From contig CAVPLT010000007.1 of NCBI GenBank assembly GCA_963706325.1, positions 576,001 through 640,000 on the forward strand: a DNA stretch of 64,000 nt. The letters are read 5' to 3'. The notes under the pieces were generated by a model. That model did not search any database, was not told the origin of the DNA, and worked only from the letters and a program-made list of their open reading frames with translations. Of the stretch, positions 29,944-39,697 are shown piece by piece. Source of the DNA: an uncultured Nitrospiraceae bacterium. GTDB taxonomy: Bacteria; Nitrospirota; Nitrospiria; Nitrospirales; Nitrospiraceae. The position numbers were made by a program, and so were the translations under genes. The first letter of the stretch is position 1; each line of letters starts with the position of its first letter.

Positions 29944-30252
29944 ATGGGTTCCAAAATTTACGTGGGCGGGTTGCCGTATTCGGCGACGGAGCAGCAGTTA
30001 AGTGATCTGTTCGCGGTGCATGGGGCGGTTGACTCAGCCCGCATCATCACGGACAAGTTTACCGGCCAATCGAGAGGGTTCGGATTCGTCGAAATGACCT
30101 CCTCGGACGAGGCGCAGAAAGCGATCTCGGCGTTGAACGGCACGGATATGGGTGGCCGGACATTGACGGTCAACGAAGCGCGTCCTCAAGAGCCACGAAG
30201 CGGTGGCGGCGGCGGTTATGGCGATCGTGGAGCCAAGCGCGATCGCTGGTAG
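29944..30252 (+). CDS. RRM RNA-binding protein with Gly-rich tail
   Basis: RNP2 IYVGGL, RNP1 RGFGFVEM, LTVNEARP; GAGGAGG RBS before ATG 29944. Confidence 0.95.
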   Translation: MGSKIYVGGLPYSATEQQLSDLFAVHGAVDSARIITDKFTGQSRGFGFVEMTSSDEAQKAISALNGTDMGGRTLTVNEARPQEPRSGGGGGYGDRGAKRDRW

Positions 30253-30272
30253 TCATTACTTTGAACCAACAT

Positions 30273-30309
30273 ACGGGGCGGTCATCTTTGGATGGCTGCC
30301 CCGTTTTTT
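30273..30309 (+). terminator. Rho-independent terminator
   Basis: ACGGGGCGGTCATC-tttg-GATGGCTGCCCCGT followed by a T run. Confidence 0.8.
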
Positions 30310-30516
30310 CTTTACGCAACTGTGGGGCGGTAGCCCGCGACAATCGTTGAATACCCTTGGCCGAAGACAGCGGGGTCCGGCAGCAGTGGCTCTGTCGTAT
30401 GGATTCTGAAAGGACCGGCGAAGAGATCCGTCCTATCGAGGGCTTCGGCATCCGATAGATTATCCTGGAACTGCCGAAGGCACGACGAGCGTCGTAGAGC
30501 CATGCCTGAAGAAGGT

Positions 30517-31230
30517 CTACTTGAGAAGTCGCAGCTCAAGGTCATCAAAATAGGTCACGGCGTCTGCCTTGGTCCACAGCCCGATCCGACCGTTGGCGAG
30601 GGCGCTGTCACACACACGAAAAAGCGTGGCGCTGTCGTACTGAGCTCTGATGTCGCAACCTTGCTGGATGACTCGCAGCTGGTGCCACCCAGTGGCAGGA
30701 AGCGCGTAATCGATTTGTTTGACGACCTGCTGCACGCCTTTTACCACACGATACAGCCGAATCTTTTGTTCGACCAAGCTGGCCCTCAATAAATAGTAGT
30801 TGCGGTCGTCGGTGGCGTGCCATACCAATCCACCGCCGAGATCAGCCTTTCCAGCCACAGCTAAATAAGACACCGTAAGATCGATATTGACGCTCTCGGT
30901 TCCTCCCACCAGGAGGAGCTTATGTGCCTGGTCCGTGCCTTTAGGCATGATTTGCGCAAGCACTTGCGCGGCGCTCTTGGCACGCTCGGTAATCAAAACT
31001 TTCCACTCACCGGCAGGCCGTCCATCGAAGAGGGTACCGACGACGAAGGAGCCGGGAAGCGAGCCTGGAGAGACGCTATCGAAGTTCCACTGTTGGGCCT
31101 GAGACGGCTCCGGCTCCGCCTGAGCGGACACATCGAACCCGAAAGTGGTGATCCCCAGCATGGCCAGGACGATTGCTTTGAAAAAGATGAATGGATTGGC
31201 CGCATATGGCGGTTCAGGGACGATCATCAT
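30517..31230 (-). CDS. Exported beta-sandwich (LamG/DUF1080-like) protein
   Basis: Signal-like N-terminus; GGLVW..D..NYY, WHQLRV, GRIGLWTKAD..TYFDDL. Confidence 0.65.
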   Translation of the reverse strand: MMIVPEPPYAANPFIFFKAIVLAMLGITTFGFDVSAQAEPEPSQAQQWNFDSVSPGSLPGSFVVGTLFDGRPAGEWKVLITERAKSAAQVLAQIMPKGTDQAHKLLLVGGTESVNIDLTVSYLAVAGKADLGGGLVWHATDDRNYYLLRASLVEQKIRLYRVVKGVQQVVKQIDYALPATGWHQLRVIQQGCDIRAQYDSATLFRVCDSALANGRIGLWTKADAVTYFDDLELRLLK

Positions 31231-31376
31231 GGCTTCCCCACCCAGTCTCAAGCGTGACGGACTGTACACGTAACGGCGCGCCGTCGGCGAGCGGGCTCAA
31301 AGAATGTTTCATGACACGATGACGCTGGCCAAGGAGGGCGTTCGTTTGCTAGTCGTCCGCAGCCATTTGGTGGACG

Positions 31377-32294
31377 TCATTGAGGCATCTCCAGTTCGCG
31401 CAGCTTCGCCTCCGCCTGTTCCAGCCAGCGTCGATTTGCCGGGGTGTCGAGTTCCAGCCGAAGGTATTGTCTCAATTCTTGAGCCGCTTCCATGCGCTGG
31501 CCCGTGCCTGCCAAGGCGTTGCCGAGGTTGAGGCGAATCTTTGCGTCGTCTGGACGCAGGTGGAGGGCAGTGCGGAACTCAGCGATGGCGGCTTCTGCAT
31601 TCCGCTTCTCCAGCAGGGCCAGGCCCATGTTGAAGTGTGCATTGACGTCATTTGGTTGAAGGCTGGCGGCTGTTCGGTACTCTGCGAGAGCGCCATCAAG
31701 GTCCCCCATACCCTTGAGGGTCACCCCGAGGTTGTTGTGTGCATTGACATCGCTGGGACGGTGGCGCAACACCGTTTTGAATTCGGCCATGGCGCCTCCG
31801 AGATCTCCCATCTCCTTCAGAGCGACTCCTAGATCATTGTGGGCCTTCAGGTCGTCGGGTTTGAGACGCAAAGCCGCCTTGAGTTCCGCGATGGCCTCGT
31901 CATGTTTGCCTATGTCCAACAGGGTGTTTCCCAAGTTGAGGTGGGCGGCGAAATAGTTCGGCTGAAGGCGAAGCGCGTGCGTGAATTCATCGATGGCTTG
32001 GCCGAGATCTCCCTTGAAGACAAATGCGACGCCAAGGTCATTGTGACGCATGGCTTCCGCGTCGGTGTCAACCGGCTTGGTGATCTTGTCCGTAGTTGAG
32101 ACTATTTGTTCCTCCTCTAAGGAAGTGGTGTCTGACGGCTCCGGCTGGGATGGCTGTTTTCCGGGAGCGGCTGACGACGAAGGGGCAAAGGAGGGCAGCA
32201 GTCCCAGTGTTAGGAGAATGAACATATAAGTAATTGGGCGCGCCACGTTGTGGCCGCGGACACCATCTGGCATGGAGACTCCTTCCAAGAACAT
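31377..32294 (-). CDS. Exported TPR-repeat protein
   Basis: Signal peptide followed by about six 34-aa repeats (AHNxLGxxL...G...A..E...AL.L.P). Confidence 0.85.
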   Translation of the reverse strand: MFLEGVSMPDGVRGHNVARPITYMFILLTLGLLPSFAPSSSAAPGKQPSQPEPSDTTSLEEEQIVSTTDKITKPVDTDAEAMRHNDLGVAFVFKGDLGQAIDEFTHALRLQPNYFAAHLNLGNTLLDIGKHDEAIAELKAALRLKPDDLKAHNDLGVALKEMGDLGGAMAEFKTVLRHRPSDVNAHNNLGVTLKGMGDLDGALAEYRTAASLQPNDVNAHFNMGLALLEKRNAEAAIAEFRTALHLRPDDAKIRLNLGNALAGTGQRMEAAQELRQYLRLELDTPANRRWLEQAEAKLRELEMPQ

Positions 32295-32487
32295 GCAATG
32301 GGAATGTGGAACTCGGCGTCACCGCTGTCCAAGGCGCGGCTCGCATGGAACTGTAGATCGCCTGTTGTCAGATAGCCCTATCCGAAAAAAAATTCAAGCC
32401 CTGTTGCCGCCGCGGCGAGTCCGGCCAGCAGGCCGATTGTTCCACAATTGACGCACAGCTGTGGGTAAAAGGATCGGCGGCCAGCGC

Positions 32488-33265
32488 TTATCGCGCCGCT
32501 GACTTCTGCGAGGCGGGTAGGACACCTTCTGCGGCAGCGGACGATCCGCCTCCAAGAGATTTATAAAGACCTACCATGTCGGTGAGACGGGCTCGCTCGG
32601 TTTGGGCGAGTTGCGTTTCCGCCGCGAGCATCGTGCGCTGGGCATCGAGCACGTCCAGATAGTTCACCAATCCTTTGCGGTATCGCACATCTGCGAGGCC
32701 GACGGCCGCGGTGGCCGCAGCCACCTGCTCGCGTTGGCGCGCGAGTTGCTCACCACGCGCCTGAATCGACACGAGCAGATCCGCGACTTCGCGAAAAGCG
32801 AGGAGAATGGTTTGTTGGTAACTTTCCAACATTTGCTGATACCGTGCTTGGGCCGCATCCAAACGGGCCACGTTCGTGCCGCCCAGGAAGATAGGCAAGG
32901 TCACAGACGGGCCGATACCATAGTTTGCACTGTTTTCCGTGAACCAGTTCGCGAACTCGACGCTCTGTTATCCCCCCCCTGGCCCGTGATGGAGGGGGTA
33001 GGAAAAAAGTAGGGCGCGCTTGCCCGATCCTGGCATTGGCGGCCACGAGGGTGGATTCTGCCTAGAGAAATCAGGCCGACGCCCCAGCAGTTGCGAGGGG
33101 AGGCCCACGGGGATCTCCGGCTGAACGATCACGGTCCGCAACGATTTCGGTTGCAAGAGGACAGAGCCGGGAGAGGCCCCGGTCAGAACCTCCATGCGGT
33201 GCAGTTCCATAGCGCGCAAGCGAGTCAAATCCGGATTTTGTCCGGCACTTTCCGCCACGAGGAGA
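32488..33265 (-). pseudogene. 3' remnant of an OprM/NodT-type efflux outer membrane factor, frameshifted
   Basis: PVGLPSQLLGRRPD, AANARIGQAR, TLPIF.GG and YLDVLDAQR..LYKSLGGG are spread over three frames; the N-terminal half is absent. Confidence 0.8.
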
Positions 33266-34268
33266 GTTGCCCGTCTTTTGCCGTCAAAAGCCCGAAGGCA
33301 GTGGCCAAGCCGACGCCTACCCCATAACCTGTGATCCCCACCGTAAATGCTTGTGAAAGAATCATGCGGGCCAGCCTGGCGGTGGAAGCCCCCATGGCTT
33401 TTAATGCGCCGAAGTGCCGGAGGTTCTCGACCGTAAACAAGTAGAACGTTTGTCCTGCGATGGCCATGCCGACGACGAAGCCCAGCAGGATCGTGGTGCC
33501 GAAGTTGATGCCGATTCCGGTGTTCTTGAGCACCCAGCCGATGGTTTTCCACCCGAACTCCTCGCCGGTGAAGGCGCCGAGCTTTGTCTGGTCGCGGATA
33601 CGCTGGATCACCGCGTCAACCGGTGCGTCATCTTTAGCCTTGGCGAGGACGTAAAAGAGGGTGCGCCGTTCCCGCGCCAGATAGCGCATGGCGCGATCCT
33701 ACGTTGTGTAAACCACCGGAATGTTCGTGAAGGTTTTTTTAGTTTTCGCGATAGCCACGACGCGGACCAGCTTGTCGTTAAGTTCGAGGACCGTGCCGAC
33801 TCTGATGACCTGCGGCCCTCCCATCCGCTCCACGGCCCACTGGTCCACGGCGACGGCATCAGGCTGGCGCAGGTCTTCGAACCGTCTTGCCAAAACTTCA
33901 GCCGGTCGGCCGATCAAGGTGGCGGCATCCAGGCCGGTCAATGTGATCTGGTGATATTCCCCATTCGCGAGCCGGGCGCGCAACAATCCTCTGTGGAGCG
34001 GCACAGCCCATTCTACCCCGGGGATGCTGCGGACTTGATGGGCGGTGGTATCGGCGATCGGGTTCACTTCGTCCACTTGCGAGATGCCCGAATCCGTGAC
34101 CCAGATGGGCACGTTGAGGTTACTGATGCTCGATTGGGACCAGATCATGAGGCCCCAGAAGATAGAGCCCTGCTGGACGATCAGCATGACGGCGAAGGTC
34201 AACCCGCAGAGCAGCATGAGATACTTCGCGCAATCTCCGAAGAGCATTCTGAGTGCGACGTAGTTCAT
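33265..34268 (-). pseudogene. DevC/FtsX-like ABC permease with internal stop and truncated C-terminus
   Basis: MNYVALRML...; in-frame TAG at 33699-33701 (VYTT*DRAMRY); FGALKAMGA motif; fused to the OMF remnant near 33265. Confidence 0.8.
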
Positions 34269-34431
34269 GTAGCGCTCTCTCGATTGGGAGGGATTATGAG
34301 GACGACTGGTTCAGGTCACGCTGACGATGTGGCGTTCTCCGTCGAACGAAAACAGTACCACGTCTCCGTTTGTGTTTACCAAGCCGGAGATCGAAGATTC
34401 TTGGAGGTGGAACGATAGCCCGAGCTTGGCC

Positions 34432-35880
34432 TTATACCTGGGAGCGTTCCTTCATGGCCTCCAGGCGGCGTTTATCGAGCGTGACGTGCAGGGATTTTTC
34501 CTGCGTGACTGTCACGGCTCCCGCCGCGTGACCTTTGGACTTCCGTACCCACTTTCGCCTGGTATAGATGACCTCGCCCTTTCCACTCTTTTTGAGATCG
34601 CTGTAAAGCAGGGCCAAGGCGGCCGCGTCTTTCAGCGTTTCCGGCGGCGCGTCGCTGCCCTTTTCCAATCGCACGACGACATGTGAGCCAGGAACGCCTT
34701 GGGCGTGCAGCCAGAGGTCCTCGCTTTTGGCGAGCCCGAACGTCAATTCATCGTTCTCGCGGGCGTTCCGTCCGACAAAAATATGGTGGCCGTCCGATGA
34801 GACGAAGCGCCGAAAGGGCGCGCGCCGTTCATCAGCGGCAGCCCGGCGGCGACTCGTGGAATGTGTGGAACGGGGCGCGCTCTGTGCGCCCATGGTTGGC
34901 GCTTGCCAGGTTCCCTGTTTGATGGTGTCCAACTCAACCTGGATTTGCTGCATGTCCGCTTCGATTGCCGCCAGCCGAGGCGCTATTTCCCGCTGGGCCG
35001 ACCCGACCTTTCGATACTTTGCAAAATACGCCTCCATGTTGGCCTGCGGGGCCTTTGTCGGATCCAGAGGAATGGTCAGTTCAGGGAGTGTCGCGTCGTA
35101 GTAGTCCACCACAGTGACGGTCGTGAGCCCTTTCTTCAATGAGCCGAGATTGGCTTTCAACAATTCGCCATAGCGCGCATAGGGTTCGTATTTGGTGGCT
35201 TGTTCAAGATCGTGGCTGAGTCCCGCCATGCGACGAAGGTGCTTCTTGAGGGTTTTGCGCAGAACCGATTCTCGCGCTCGAAGTTTTGTCTGGTGCGAGA
35301 GCTCGATTTCGCGCTCACGATACAGTATTTCCAGTTGGGCGGAGAGTGGGAAGGGCTCGGTCTCGAATGCGGCCTCGGGTGTAGATATGACCGGATCATG
35401 AGGCAGTTCTCGTGACGGAGTGTGCGAAGGGGCCTGATAGGGCTGACCGGTCCGTTCCTTGTTGTGCCGGAGCGTAGCAATCACGCGTTGTCCCCCGTCG
35501 AGGAAAAGCAGATCGGCATTTCGCCCGAACAATTCCGCGACCAGGGAAACCGGGCCGTCACGACTGGTGAGATCCACACGAACGATCCGGTCGTCTGCGA
35601 TTTGACGGATCCTCTCGATGCGCGCGCCTTGAACGCGCGCCCGCAGCAGTTGGCAAAAGGACGGCGGCGTCGGCGGGTTAGAAAGGGTCTGGCGAACGAG
35701 ATGCATCCGCGCGGTCTCGTCGTGAACCGAATAGAGCAGTCGACGGGTATGCCCGGGGACACGAATCTCCAGCAGCAGAACGTCGGGGAGCGGTTGCGTG
35801 ACTTTCTGAATCCAACCTTCAGTCAAAGCGGGCGCCAGTTCCTGAACAATGGAACCAATTTCTGTCGCAGTCAGGGCCAT
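34432..35880 (-). CDS. NFACT/Rqc2 (RqcH/FbpA) ribosome quality control family protein
   Basis: DRIV, ELFGRNA, coiled-coil core, NFACT-R motifs VGRNAREND and WLHAQGVPGSHVV. Confidence 0.9.
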   Translation of the reverse strand: MALTATEIGSIVQELAPALTEGWIQKVTQPLPDVLLLEIRVPGHTRRLLYSVHDETARMHLVRQTLSNPPTPPSFCQLLRARVQGARIERIRQIADDRIVRVDLTSRDGPVSLVAELFGRNADLLFLDGGQRVIATLRHNKERTGQPYQAPSHTPSRELPHDPVISTPEAAFETEPFPLSAQLEILYREREIELSHQTKLRARESVLRKTLKKHLRRMAGLSHDLEQATKYEPYARYGELLKANLGSLKKGLTTVTVVDYYDATLPELTIPLDPTKAPQANMEAYFAKYRKVGSAQREIAPRLAAIEADMQQIQVELDTIKQGTWQAPTMGAQSAPRSTHSTSRRRAAADERRAPFRRFVSSDGHHIFVGRNARENDELTFGLAKSEDLWLHAQGVPGSHVVVRLEKGSDAPPETLKDAAALALLYSDLKKSGKGEVIYTRRKWVRKSKGHAAGAVTVTQEKSLHVTLDKRRLEAMKERSQV

Positions 35881-36094
35881 TTCTGGAACCTCGCGTCATA
35901 GAGAAGGGACTGGAAGGGTATGCTGATCGGGCCCTGTTCCAAGCACGGACAACGTGTTAGCAGGATTATCCGATTCTACTCAATTCTGTCGCGTGAGACC
36001 AATGAGGTCACAGCCGGGTCAAATTGTCATGAGAGGAGGGGTTTTGGCTCCATCTCATGATGGCCAAGGCAAACGAACAAGGCAGGCGAATCGG

Positions 36095-36110
36095 TGGCAT
36101 CCACATTGCT
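36095..36110 (+). promoter_or_regulatory. Sigma54 (-24/-12) promoter
   Basis: TGGCATC-CACA-TTGCT (GG-N10-GC) about 95 nt upstream of ORF 36205. Confidence 0.6.
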
Positions 36111-36204
36111 TCTATCCAGCCTGGGATGGTGGTGGCCTGGTTGACTCTGAACCATATGGGCTGACATCGACGCCCACATCCTCAGCGTCTGAAGGGAGGG
36201 ACTC

Positions 36205-36432
36205 ATGACCTGTACACGATGTGAAGGTTTGATGGTTTCGGATGATTTACTCGACCTTCAAGAAAGTTTTCACCCCATGCGGTTGGAAGGCCACCGTTGT
36301 CTCACTTGTGGCAATGTGGTTGATCCGCTGATCCAACGCCATCGGATGGTGCAAAATTCGCATCTCCGCCTTGTCGCCGCATCCTGCCCTGAGAAGCCGT
36401 TCCTCTTCGATCTTATCAAGTTGACGGCCTAA
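36205..36432 (+). CDS. Small zinc-ribbon-like protein
   Basis: GGGAGG RBS; CTRCEG...RCLTCGN.VDP. Confidence 0.75.
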   Translation: MTCTRCEGLMVSDDLLDLQESFHPMRLEGHRCLTCGNVVDPLIQRHRMVQNSHLRLVAASCPEKPFLFDLIKLTA

Positions 36433-36728
36433 GCTGAGGCCGCGAAGCCAGGGCAAACTTCGCGGAGCCCTCGTTGTCGGTCGGGCTCACCTTCGATTCC
36501 TTCCTTTCACCGATTCATTCCGTTTCCATTCTGTGACGCTCCCTACTGCCTACCTTTCTTTTCCTGGCCACCACAGAATGTCGAATAGTCTTCCCGCCTT
36601 GTGGGGGATCGTTCACTCTGTTCACCAACATTGTGCTCTCGTCACATTGATCGCGCACTGCCTTGTCAGTGATCGGACAGTCACGTACAGTGCGCGCGCA
36701 GTGGTTCCAATCGGAAAGGTATGAAACG

Positions 36729-38279
36729 ATGCCGTTGCTTGATGTTCGAGGTCTCGAAGAACTCATGTTGGAGTTTCGTGGCTCCATGCGCGGGTTACTG
36801 AGGGACTTGTGCCGTGATTTTGAGCGGAATTATGCCGAGCCTGCTCGTACCCTTCACTTACCGATCGAGTGGTTTCGAATGATCGAGCGCTCATTGGGGC
36901 AGGCCGAGTTCAGTCATTGGAAGGTCGTAGGCTGGATCGAGTCATTGAACGATCTGCTTTATTTCGTCGATATCTTGCACCAGGTACGGCAGGAGCGATC
37001 TCGGCGAGACATTGCCGAACAGCTCCGCGCGGAGTTCAAGGAGAAGTTTTATGAACATGGATATGCCGATGAGGTATTCCCGCACGGGACGCCCGAACCT
37101 AGCCGACTTCTCTCTCGCCTCACTGGACTTTGCCGACGACTGGCGCGGGAAGTGACTCAGGAATCCCTGTGTCTTGCTCCACGGCTGGCTTGCCGGTGGG
37201 TCGCCATGCAGCCAGGGAAGAAGGTTTGGCTGGTGCCGTGCGACATCAGCGCCGATGTTGAGCGAGTCGAACTGCCTGGAGTCTGCGTGATCGGCACGAC
37301 GGGCTTGGGTTATGAAGCGCCTAGGCTTGCGAGACAGGCGCTCACGCGCGCAGGAGGGCAGGCAAAGTTTGCGGTCAAGGCCTCTGGCATCGACCTGCTG
37401 GTCGGCGGGCAATCCTATGTCATGGTCGAATTCGGTGAGGTCGAACGGTGGCATTGGCGTCGTATCGATTCGTACCGCTTGAAGGATACCGGTGCGCGCG
37501 CGCTCTCCCTCGGGCCGACTCTGGTATACGGGAAAGAGAAGACTCCGGTGGCGGTACGACCGACGAGGTCAGAAGTGGCAAGCCGCATGCGGCGCGCGCT
37601 GGAAGTGATCGAATCGGCATGGCCGGAGGGTAACCAGCTGCTGAGGCTGTTGACCTCACGGATTGTTCCGCTCAGAGCGTCGGGCGTGGTGAGCTTCAGC
37701 TATCGACATCGTCCCGGTCTGTCCGCGATCAATTGTTTCGACCGTGACCGACTTGACCTGATCGACGATCTCATTCACGAGAACAGCCACCATCATCTGA
37801 ATCTGTTGTTGTGTAAAGCCGTGCTGTACAAAAACGATCACAATCAGGAGATCTTTTATTCCCCTTGGCGACGGACCTTGCGGCCGTTGAGGGGCATTCT
37901 GCACGCGACCTTTACGTTCACGATGGGAGCGATATTGTTTGAACGGCTGTCTACCTGGGCGGGCACGAAGGAGGGGAAGAGGAAATGGAAGGAAGCGGGG
38001 CTAACTGCACGCGACCTCACGCGCGCGCGATTCCGTTGTTTGGAAGAAATTGACTCGGTTCGCTACTCGCTTGAGGATCTCGCCCATGCCGGTGGCCAGT
38101 TGAAATGGCTCACTGCCAAGGGCAATCAATTAGTCGATCGATTGGCCGAGGCAATGGGCCATGTCGAGCAGAACATGAAAAAATATGACGCTGCAGTAAG
38201 TCGCTCGTCATTCGGTCCGGCTCTGCGTCGCCATCGCGCCGAACTGGTTCGGGCACGCGAGACTTGTGGTCTGACGTGA
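36729..38279 (+). CDS. HExxH-domain protein (alpha-KG-HExxH peptide hydroxylase-like)
   Basis: LIHENSHHHL, SPWRRTLRPLRGILHA. Confidence 0.8.
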   Translation: MPLLDVRGLEELMLEFRGSMRGLLRDLCRDFERNYAEPARTLHLPIEWFRMIERSLGQAEFSHWKVVGWIESLNDLLYFVDILHQVRQERSRRDIAEQLRAEFKEKFYEHGYADEVFPHGTPEPSRLLSRLTGLCRRLAREVTQESLCLAPRLACRWVAMQPGKKVWLVPCDISADVERVELPGVCVIGTTGLGYEAPRLARQALTRAGGQAKFAVKASGIDLLVGGQSYVMVEFGEVERWHWRRIDSYRLKDTGARALSLGPTLVYGKEKTPVAVRPTRSEVASRMRRALEVIESAWPEGNQLLRLLTSRIVPLRASGVVSFSYRHRPGLSAINCFDRDRLDLIDDLIHENSHHHLNLLLCKAVLYKNDHNQEIFYSPWRRTLRPLRGILHATFTFTMGAILFERLSTWAGTKEGKRKWKEAGLTARDLTRARFRCLEEIDSVRYSLEDLAHAGGQLKWLTAKGNQLVDRLAEAMGHVEQNMKKYDAAVSRSSFGPALRRHRAELVRARETCGLT

Positions 38280-38451
38280 ACGAGACTTTCATCCTCACAA
38301 GAGTGAACGGCGCAACCCGGTGGAGCTCGTGGGGTTGGCGTTGCCTTGGCTGTTGCCGAGGCGCCCCATCCTAATTCCCTTGAGCTATCGATTCCAGCCG
38401 GTCTTCCGCAGCCTTGACGCAGATTTGACCGTTTGAACGTGGCTTCTTTGC

Positions 38452-38572
38452 AGGCTGCTAAAAAGGTCATCCAACGAGGCCGCAGGCGAGGAGAAACCGA
38501 AGGCGTAGCCTCTGGCTACATTGAGGATTGATTCGAGCCGAGAACGAAGTTGTGGACCTTTTTCAGCAACCT
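38452..38572. mobile_element. MITE-like short element with imperfect terminal inverted repeats
   Basis: Left end AGGCTGCTAAAAAGGTC versus reverse complement of right end AGGTTGCTGAAAAAGGTC; internal hairpin GTAGCC-tct-GGCTAC; lies between convergent genes. Confidence 0.65.
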
Positions 38573-38574
38573 CA

Positions 38575-39693
38575 CTAGGGCTCGACGGTGACGTCGACGA
38601 ACGCCGGCGCTCCATCAGCGCCTTTCTTGTCCGTCACGCGCAGCTTGAAACGAAAGGTGCGCGTTTCTGACACGTAGGGCGCGGTGAAGGACGGCTCCGG
38701 CATATTGACGTCGAGCATGGCAACCTTACTCCCGCGCACCTGACTCCAAGCATAGAACAGGGCCTCTCCCTCCGGGTCGCGACTCTGCAACCCGCTCAAT
38801 CGTACCTTCGTCCCGGCTTTTACCGTCCTTGCGGTTCCGGCATTCGCAATCGGAGGTTCATTGGGCTCGGAGTTCACTTCGACTCGCACATCGAGCGTCG
38901 CCTGCTTGCCTCGATTGGTCACGGTCAGGGACGTTTTGCCGTTGCCGACGATTTGGAGTAAGCCGTCCGGTAGGATTTTGATGATGCGCTCGTCGCCGGA
39001 GCGATAGCTCGTGCCGGTGCTCGGCGACGACAGGGGACGATCGATACCGTCGGCAAATTCGCCGACCACCGGGAGTTCGAAAATTTTTCCCAGCGAATCA
39101 ACATGGCCGTAAGCAGAGGATTGCCCTGTCCGCCCCAGTTGCAGTGGTTTCTCGGTTTCAAAGTCGATGGAGATCAGATCGACTGCTGGCTGAACGGTGA
39201 CCAATACTTCGTCGAACACGGCTTTTCGGCCGAGACGACCTTGAGAAATATCAGCGATGGCCAAGAGACGCATCCGTCCGATCGCGTCCGAGGGTATGGG
39301 CAGGGCGCCGCCATAGGGCGGTTGGCGGTCGACCGTAGAGGTCAAGGCCGGCAGGGCGACCACGGGTGCGCCGGTAATGCTGTCTTTCTGCCAGTATTTC
39401 TCCGTGGACATGCTTCCCTGCGACGCCGGCCCCGTCCGCTCCGCGCCCTGCTCCACGAGCGCCTCGGTCTGCTCCGGATACCAGTAGTAGCGCACTTCGA
39501 CCAGACCGGCCTCCCTGCCTGCCTCGACTTCAACTGGGACCGATTGGCCTGAAACCAAAGTCGCCCCGTCGGCTGGTGAAACGATACGAAACGCATGCGC
39601 TGGATCAGAGGGCAGGCTCAGGAAAAAACATGCGGCAAAAAGATAGCGATACCATGAAAACCACGGAGTCAAATTGGTGGCCGTGTTAGGCAT
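38575..39693 (-). CDS. Exported Ig-like/PKD-domain protein
   Basis: Signal peptide ending AHA; Big_2-like segment; C-terminal PPIANAG..SRDPEG..LFYAWSQ..FKLRVTD. Confidence 0.75.
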   Translation of the reverse strand: MPNTATNLTPWFSWYRYLFAACFFLSLPSDPAHAFRIVSPADGATLVSGQSVPVEVEAGREAGLVEVRYYWYPEQTEALVEQGAERTGPASQGSMSTEKYWQKDSITGAPVVALPALTSTVDRQPPYGGALPIPSDAIGRMRLLAIADISQGRLGRKAVFDEVLVTVQPAVDLISIDFETEKPLQLGRTGQSSAYGHVDSLGKIFELPVVGEFADGIDRPLSSPSTGTSYRSGDERIIKILPDGLLQIVGNGKTSLTVTNRGKQATLDVRVEVNSEPNEPPIANAGTARTVKAGTKVRLSGLQSRDPEGEALFYAWSQVRGSKVAMLDVNMPEPSFTAPYVSETRTFRFKLRVTDKKGADGAPAFVDVTVEP

Positions 39694-39697
39694 GCCG

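Noticed and set aside
30312..30503. Short minus-strand ORF downstream of the LamG-like gene
   Set aside because: No recognisable motif; cannot be distinguished from chance or a gene relic.
31450..32050. ~102-bp periodic similarity that could mimic a repeat array
   Set aside because: Explained by 34-aa TPR repeats in a CDS; no identical repeats with unique spacers, so not CRISPR.
32438..32468. Two DnaA-box-like 9-mers (TGTTCCACA, TGTGGGTAA)
   Set aside because: Each has a mismatch, there are only two, and there is no AT-rich unwinding element or dnaA/dnaN context.
33699..33701. In-frame TAG as possible pyrrolysine or readthrough codon
   Set aside because: The gene is also truncated and fused to another fragment, and no pyl genes are seen; a nonsense mutation is simpler.
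33414..34418. 334-aa + strand ORF
   Set aside because: Antisense shadow of the ABC permease pseudogene, with no recognisable motifs.
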